The notes beneath the pieces were generated by a model that saw only the letters and a program-made list of their open reading frames with translations, was not told the origin of the DNA and searched no databases. A program made the position numbers and the translations under genes. DNA of 64,000 nt from the human T2T-CHM13v2.0 reference genome, Homo sapiens. Below are positions 52,885 to 64,000 of the stretch, piece by piece. The stretch lies in NCBI RefSeq assembly GCF_009914755.1, contig NC_060936.1. One strand, given 5' to 3'. Position 1 is the first letter of the stretch, and each line of letters begins with the position of its first letter.

Positions 52885-53490
52885 TTCGGCAATTTTCTTA
52901 AGCTTCCTTATCCTGAGCCCTTCTGTTGAAAATTGGCCGGGATGCTTCCACTATTATTCTTTCTCTATAGTCATGCTGTGACATTTGAGTCACTGTATGA
53001 TTGAATCTGCCAGGCACTTCTCTCAGTTCCGCATGTGGAGATGCGGGGATTCCTGCCGACATCGGCCCCCAGGGACACTTCTTGGGCCTGGGCCAGCGCC
53101 CCTTTCTTTTCTCTGAAGAGTTGCAGGGACTGTTCCACCCACTCTCTTCCGGCTGCCACCGCCTGTTCTTCCCTCACGTTTCTCTTCTCTTCAGATCTGG
53201 AATAGGACAAAATAAACAAACATTTATTGGGTAGAGGAAGAAAGGAAAAAGAATGCAGATCGTGGTTTCGGGAGAGATGTGCGTTGGGGCTGGCTCTTGC
53301 TACGTAGCTTCGCTTCGGTATTCACATGTGCAAAATGAGAGATTTCTACTCTGTTTTGAAATTGCCCACCAGCTCTAATGTTCTTTGCTGCTCCGTTATG
53401 TTCAGAGCAGTATGCAGTGTGTTTGAGGGGCAGTACAGGGACGCATGGGGCATGGTGCTTGCTCCATGAGGAAGCTGAGAGAAAACGTAG
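52885..53490. promoter_or_regulatory. Unique, CpG-retaining segment (candidate enhancer/promoter or lncRNA exon)
   Basis: About 18 CpGs counted in ~600 bp against a depleted background; AP-1 TGAGTCA 52986-52992; ETS-like CCGGAAG on the minus strand near 53147. Confidence 0.4.
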
Positions 53491-53728
53491 CCTAGTGGAG
53501 AGAGCACAGGCTGAGTCCAAATGTACTGGTGGTTTGCCCGAGGCAAGTTACTTAAGACTCCCAGTTTCACAATCTCTGAAATGGGTGTTGGATTTAACAG
53601 ATTTTAGAGTCAGATGGTGTATGACTCAGGGTTCTCCAGAAATACAGAACTAATAGGATTAGTAGGGAGAATTGCTGTGTAGTATTCAATTGGATTAATA
53701 TACTATAATTTATTTATCCATTCTACTA

Positions 53729-54280
53729 CAGTAACTTATTTGTGTGCAAAGGATTCATTCCAGACCCCCAGTGAATGCCTGAAACTGTGGATAGTATGAA
53801 ACCCTATATATTCTGTGTTTTTTTTCTATATACACTTACCTGTAATAATGTTCAATTTGTAAATTAGGCACACTAAGAGATCAACAACAATAATAAAACA
53901 AAACAATTAAGTAAAATGAGGGTTAACTGAACACAAACACTGTGCTATCACATCAGTCAATCTGATAATGAGACTGCAACTAAATGAAATAGTTGAACTC
54001 ATAGAAGAAGAGTGTTGAATGGTGATTTCTGAGGTTTGGAAATGTTTAGAGGAATGGCAGGTAGTGTGTACAATGTAGAGATGCTTGATAAAGAGATGAT
54101 TCATGTCCCAGGCAGGACGTAGCGGGCATAAGAGTTCATCATACAACTCAAAATGGCGTGCAACTTAAAACTTATGAATTGCTTATTTCTGGAATTTCCA
54201 TTTAATATTTTCAGACTGCAGTTGACTAAGGGTAACTGAAACCATGGCATGTGAATCGGTGGATAAGGGGAGACCACTAT
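53729..54280. mobile_element. MER44 (Tigger7)-like DNA element
   Basis: ccagacccccagtgaatgcctgaaactgtggatagta...gggtaactgaaacc...ggataagggg. Confidence 0.85.
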
Positions 54281-54529
54281 ATTCTCTGTTCAAAAAAAGG
54301 TAGATCTTCAGTTTAGTTTTTTTTGACTTGGTTGTGCATAATTTACAAATAGAAATTATATATATTTAAGGTGTACAACTTGATGTTTTGCTCTTCATAT
54401 ACACTTTGAAGCGATCACCACAATCAAACTCGTTAACTTATTGTAATCTCACAAACTCACCTTAAACTTTTATTTTGTGTTATAAACATTTAGGACCTAT
54501 GCTTTTGGCAAATTTCTAGTATATAATAC

Positions 54530-54930
54530 TGTTACAGGAGAAATCAGGCACTGTATAGAGAAACATCCCTCCAAACTGGGAAGGAGCCAAGAGACCGAAG
54601 AACGACTCAGACAAGTCCAAATTGGAGAGTACATGTGTTTATTAGGACTCGTGCAGGGCACCCTTGGGTGGCAACAGGACAGCTTTGTAGCTCTGCCCCA
54701 CCACCCATCTCTAAGTTGTGTATAAGCTGATTTTCTGGCTCTTTGCATACTGCATGCAATGATACTGTTTTTCCTGGTATGTTCCCAGGTGTGCTCCAGG
54801 ATGTGTGAGTGCTCAGGGACACCTGCTCCTCAGCTGGGCACCAAGGCCTTGGCTCACCATCCAGTCTTCGGGGTCCAAGCAGTGGACTTACACCCTTAAG
54901 TCACCTGGGTGGGGAATCCATGACTCTACA
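54530..54930 (-). mobile_element. LTR47-like ERVL solo LTR
   Basis: ctcagggacacctgctcctcagctgggcaccaaggccttggctcacc; TG...CA; perfect 5-bp TSD aatac. Confidence 0.85.
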
Positions 54931-55116
54931 AATACAGTAGTGATTACTGTAGTGACCATGATATACATGGTGATCTCCAGAACTTATTCATCTTGCATAA
55001 TTGAAACGTCGGGCCTTTTGATCAGTATTTTTTCATTTTCTCCAAACACTCCAATGCCTTGGAAATCACCATTCTACTTATCCTTCTATAATTTCAACTA
55101 TGTTAGATTCCCCATA

Positions 55117-57628
55117 TGCTTTGGTTTGAATGTGTTCTCCAAATATCATGTTAGAAACTTAATCCTCAAATTCGTATGTTGATAGTTTTTGGAGGTGGGG
55201 CCTTTGGGAGGTAATTAGGCTTAGATAATGTAGTCAACATTGGGCCCCTATTATGGTACTGGTTGTTTTGTAAGGAGAAGAGAGACCTGAGCTGGCATGC
55301 TTTTGCTCTCTTGCCATGTGTTGCCCTCTGCCATGTTATGAGAGGCCCTCACCAGATGTAGCCCCTCACCAGATGTAACCCCTTAACCATGTTAAGAAGG
55401 CCCTCACCAGATGTAGCCCCTCAACTTTGGACTTCTCAGCTTCCCAAACTGTAAGAAAGATTTTTTTCTTTAAACATTACCCAGTTTGTGGTACTCTGTT
55501 ACAGTAGCAGAAAATGGACTAAGAAAGAAAATTGGCATCAAGAAGTGGGGCTGTTGCTAATAACACATACTTGAAAATGTGGACACAGCTTTGGAAATGG
55601 GTGATAGGTAGAGGCTGGAAGAATTTGGAGGAGCAGGCTAGAAAAAGCCTGTATTATTGTGAAAGGAGCATTAGGGTGATTGTGATGAGGGCTTAAAAGA
55701 AGAAAAGAACACTAAGGAAAGTCTAGAGTTTTTAGTGATTTTGTAAGCAGTTATGACCAGAATGCTGATAGAAATGTGGACAGTAAAGGCTATTCTGATG
55801 AGGTCTTGGGTGGAAATAAAGATCAAAGTATTAGAACCTGGAAGAAAGGCCATCTTTGTTATAAAGTAACAAAGAACTTGGCTGCATTGTGTCTACGCTC
55901 AAGGGTTTTGTGAAAGGCTTGAGAATGAGCTACGGTATCTGGTGGAAGAAGTTTCTAAGCAGCAAACCATTCAAGATGCTGGATGGTTACTTTTGGCCTC
56001 CTACAGTGAGGTTCAGGAGCAAAGGGATGGCTGAAATGCACAATTTATAAATAAAAGAGAAGCAGACAGTAAAAATTTGGAAAATTTACAGCCTGGCCAC
56101 ATAAAGAATGAATAAGTGTTTGAGTGTGGCAAAGCAACCATTTGTTAAACAGACTAGTGCTAATAGAAAGGAGTCAGAGGCTGTTCATCAGGACAACAAG
56201 AGAAGATCCTGAAAGCAATTCAGATATATTTAAAGCATCTCTTCCTGTCATAGGCCTAGTAGAGCAGAATGGTTTCACAGGATGGGCCTGGGCACACTGT
56301 ATAAGCTTGCTGCTCAGGGCTGACTCAGGACTCTGTACCCTGGATCCTGATGCGGTGCTCCTTGGTTGCTCTAGCTGTGGCTTACATGGCCCCAGGTGCA
56401 GCTTGACCTGTGGCTCCAAAAGGTACAAGCTGCATATTGTGGTGGCACCACATCATAGTTCAAGCAGGCCCAGATGTGGTTCATGCTGCTGCTCCAGAGG
56501 GCACAAGCGGTAAGCCTCAGAGGGGTCCATATGGTGCTAATTCTGCAGAGGAGCAGAATGCAAGAGCTATGGAGCCACGGTGACTTCCACCTAGATTTCA
56601 GAGTGAATATTAAAAAGCCTGGGAGCCTAGGCAGAGACTTGTTACAGAGGCAGAGTCACTGCTGGTAGCCTCCACCAGGCCAATGCCAGGCAGAAATGTG
56701 GGGTCAGAGGTGGAGCTGCCTTGGGACTTCAGAACTGTACAGCCATCTGCATGCAATGCCCACCTGGGAAAGCTTTAGGCACCAGTGTGCAACTCTAACC
56801 TTTGAGGGCAGCCACATGGGCTAAACCCAGAAAAGCCTTGGGAGTAGGGCTGTCTGATGCCCTGGGGTCCCAACCCCTGAGCTGGCAGCACGTGGAGTGA
56901 AAGATTATTCTGGAGTCTTAAGATTTAATTTCTCTTCTGCTGGGTTTTGAACTTACTTGAGGCCTGTTACTCCTTTCTTCTTTCCTATTTACCTCTTTTG
57001 GAATGGGAATGTCTATTCTAAGCCTGACTCACCATCATATTTTGGAAGTAGCTTGGAAGTAGATAACTTATTTTGATTTCACAGGATCACAGATGTAGAA
57101 AATTTGCCATGGGATGAATTGTGTCATAAGTCTCATCCGTATCTGATTTAGATGAGACTCTGGACTTTGGACTTTTGAGTCGGCGCTGGAGCAAGTTAAG
57201 ACTTTAGGACTATTAGGATGAAATATGTGTATTTTGCATGTGATAAAAACATAAACTTTGGAAGCGGGGGTAGAATACTAAGGTTTGAATGTGTACCCCA
57301 AATTTCATGGGTTGCAGACTTAATTCCCAAATTCATCTGTTGATGACATTTGAAGGTGGAGCCTTTGGCGTGTAATTAGAATTAGAAAAGGCATCAGGTT
57401 AGGGCACCCATAATGGAACCTAGTGGCTTTATAAAAAGAGCAAGAGACAACTGAGCTGGCATACTCTTGCCGTCTGCCATGTTATAAGTCAGTAAGAAGG
57501 CCCTCACCAGATGTGGCCCTCAACCTTGGACTTTGTAGCCTCCAGAACTGTAAGAAATAGATTTATTTTCTTTACAAACTACCCAGTCTGTGGTATTCTG
57601 TTATAGTAAGAGAAAATGGATTGAGACA
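55117..57628 (+). mobile_element. Complete MaLR provirus (MSTC-like): 5' LTR 55117-55526, internal region, 3' LTR 57276-57628
   Basis: Two homologous LTRs, internal start gaaaattggcatcaagaagtggggctgttgct, purine tract before the 3' LTR, TSD ccata/ccatg. Confidence 0.92.
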
Positions 57629-57689
57629 CCATGTAAGTGATGTAATGTAGTACTTATCTTTCTGTGTCTGGCTTACTCACTTCACATAA

Positions 57690-57890
<201 letters not shown>

Positions 57891-58243
57891 TAAGGGCTGA
57901 GTAATATTTCATGGTGTGTATCTTTCTCGATCTTTATATCACATTTTATTTATTTAGTGAGCTGTAGATCACATTTTGTTTGTTTCCTTATCTTGGCTAT
58001 TGTGAATAATGCTTAAATGAACATGGGAGTGGAGATATCTCTTCTAGATACTGATTTAACTGCCCTTGGATATATACTCAGTAGTGGGATTGCTGGATCA
58101 TATGATAACTCTGTCTTTAATTTTTGGAGGAACCTCCATACTACTTTCTATTTTGAGTTACTTTTTTTATATGGTGTTAGATAAGGTTCTAATTGTAGTC
58201 TTGTGCATGTGGATATCCAGTTTTCCCAACACCACTTATTTAA

Positions 58244-60880
<2,637 letters not shown>

Positions 60881-61741
60881 GTGTATCCATTCGACTATTG
60901 AGGGACATTGGGTTGTTTCTAGTTTGTGGATATTAAGTAGAGAGCTCCTATAAACTTTTCTGTAAATGTCCTTTTCTAAACGTGTACTCATTTCTGTTAG
61001 GAATAAACCTAGCAGTAAAACTGCTGTGTCACACTGTGGCATATATTTACCTTTAGTGAAAACTGTTGAATAGTTTATCACAGTGGCTGTAATATTTTAC
61101 ATTCCTACTAGCAGTATATGAATACATCAATTGTTCTTTATCTTTGCCAATATTCGGTATTCCAGTCCTTATTTTTTTAGCCATTCTGATGTACACATAA
61201 GTAACTTGAAGAAAAGTTGCCCTTCATTTTCTGAAAAATGGCACGTTTAGTCACAAATATAACTAGCTTAAGTATATTAGAAATACAATAAATGTCATCA
61301 AAATCAATACAGTCTTCTTAAATTTCTTAGAAAACACAAACAGGAAATGCCTAATAGATAAGTTTAAACAGGTCTCTAGTCGCTCAAAAAGAAAAGGTGA
61401 TTGATAAGGTTATTAGGCTCCATTTCAGTCACGTGAACCATTTAAATCTTTACAACTGTACATGTGGCACAGAGATGTTGAGTTATATGAAAATATACTC
61501 CCTGATACAGGAAATCCTCACAAAGGGATAAATAGTTATGTTTGACCCATCTTTATTGTTGAGTTAGAGATATCAAATAAATCTTATGTGTATAATGGGA
61601 TTACAGCTTTTAGACTTGTAGAATCAGCTTCCACAACTGTATTTACACATGGCTGGCCAGTGTCTGTTGATTTTTAAAGGACCACACTAAAATCATAATG
61701 TAAAATTCTTTTTAACTCAAACTAATTTGAGACGTGAATAA

Positions 61742-62097
<356 letters not shown>

Positions 62098-62431
62098 TGA
62101 GCCTGCCTCATGAAATTGATTTTAGAAATAAGTGGGATACATTGTACAGAGAGCAATAACTATACAATCTGCTAAAAACTGTTAAAAACTTCTCTGTGTG
62201 TTTGATAGATGTAATGTGCACTATGATTAGCCTGCTATTCTAATGTGTAAACCATAGTTTTTAAATTTGTTTGTTTGCTTGTTTGTTTAAACATTGCTTC
62301 CCCAGTGAAATGAAAGTTACTTTTACTTTGAGTCAGTGTTTAGAAACTGGGTGTGGATAAATGACCTTCAAAAGTAAAACACTGGAAAAATGTATAATGT
62401 TTTTACAATGCTTTTAATATTGTATATGCAC

Positions 62432-62811
<380 letters not shown>

Positions 62812-64000
62812 TTAGCCTTTAGCTTTTCCTTAGGCCCAAACCACATCAAATGGGCCACACACAGACTCCTGAGGTCACTACCACTTTATGGTCATTTTAG
62901 GAAGAAAAGGAAAGCAAACTCTCTCTTCATATTACGTTTTAGGCAAGGAATTCTCACAGGAAGAGTGAATATATATTTTTTCCTTTCTTTCTTTTTCTAC
63001 ACTAGGTGACCTGCTAGTCCCACTTTTCCTAAAGGTAGATTTTTAAGCCTACAAAATGAATCTTTAAAGCCAGTTTCAAGTGTACTTCATTGTGAGTAAG
63101 AGAAGCTTCAGAATCCAATATTATCTCACCAGAAAGCCACGTCCTCAGAAAATGCAGACAATTTCATTGGTTGTCATTCTTTTATCTTTAAGCCTTCAAC
63201 TCAACTCATGGACTTACTTATTTCTGAGAACCCTTTACAAGTCACAGTATCCTGTAATCATCTCACAAACTAAGTACAGTGTTTACGCATCACTTCACAT
63301 TTCCAACCTGAAATACTAAATATGGCATAGCACTTGTGTTACACAGAAGCCCAAGAATAAGAAATAAATAATATGGCATTGATAGATAAGACAGTAGGAT
63401 AATTTCCATTTGGAAAGCTTAGGTGATTAAAGGCTGTTTTCTTCTTTAACCAAGAGAGTGCATGTGGGTTTGTAGACACCGTATGCTGAAACACTTCTTA
63501 CCTAGGAAAAGGTGTCGTGTCACTCTTCAAAGGCACCAAACAGAACTCCTGGGCCAACCTGCTAATTCTTCTAGATGGTTCCTATCCAAAATCAATCATT
63601 CCCTGCCTCTTTTCAGATTTAATGAATGCACAGCCTGGGATTATGAGCTGCAGGCCAGAATCATTTAAATACTGTCAATTCCATATCAGGCATTACAATA
63701 GAATCTTAAGAATACTTAACAAAGTTTTAATATATATATGATATAGAGGCTGCCTCATTGAGCAATACAATTTAGAACTTGATAATTAATTAAATAATAT
63801 TATAAATTATATTAGGAAGGGCTTTAAAAATCATTAATAACTTCTGCTAAGCTATATGTTTTAAGTTTTTAAAATAAAATATAAATTTCTTCTTGCAAAA
63901 TTTTTTATTGCCCTTCACTTTACACTTTTTCTTTTAATTTTATCATTGCTCCTTACAAGTAAAGTACTTTGCTTTCCATTTGATTACATGTCAAAATCAT

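Noticed and set aside
56124-56668. ORFs in the MST internal region
   Set aside because: Decayed MaLR internal sequence with frameshifts and stops

Overview
AT-rich, CpG-depleted primate (very probably human) non-coding DNA, either intergenic or deep intronic. More than half is recognisable interspersed repeat: 11 Alus or large Alu pieces (plus a small fragment at ~5480), many L1s including one full-length old L1MA, MaLR/ERV1/ERVL LTRs including one complete MST provirus, Tigger/hAT/mariner relics, MIR, L2 and CR1. I recognise no protein-coding gene, tRNA, rRNA or CRISPR array. Most longer ORFs in the track are Alu/L1/LTR-derived and the rest are of chance length. I cannot support a claim of a new biological system here. 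The most noteworthy items are: (i) several local template-switch scars, namely a 48-bp copy of nearby sequence pasted into a MER4 LTR, a 43-bp inverted duplication that gives an LTR a hairpin and poly(A) signals on both strands, and a perfect 16-bp hairpin in another LTR; (ii) a deeply nested L1/Alu/Tigger cluster at 19-30.6 kb whose order can be read from TSDs; (iii) a near-pristine AluYa5-lineage insertion; (iv) an unusually readable CR1 reverse-transcriptase fossil; (v) unverified splice-site and CpG signals compatible with lncRNA exons. Repeat subfamily names are from recalled consensus sequences and should be confirmed with RepeatMasker/Dfam; boundaries without a TSD are approximate.
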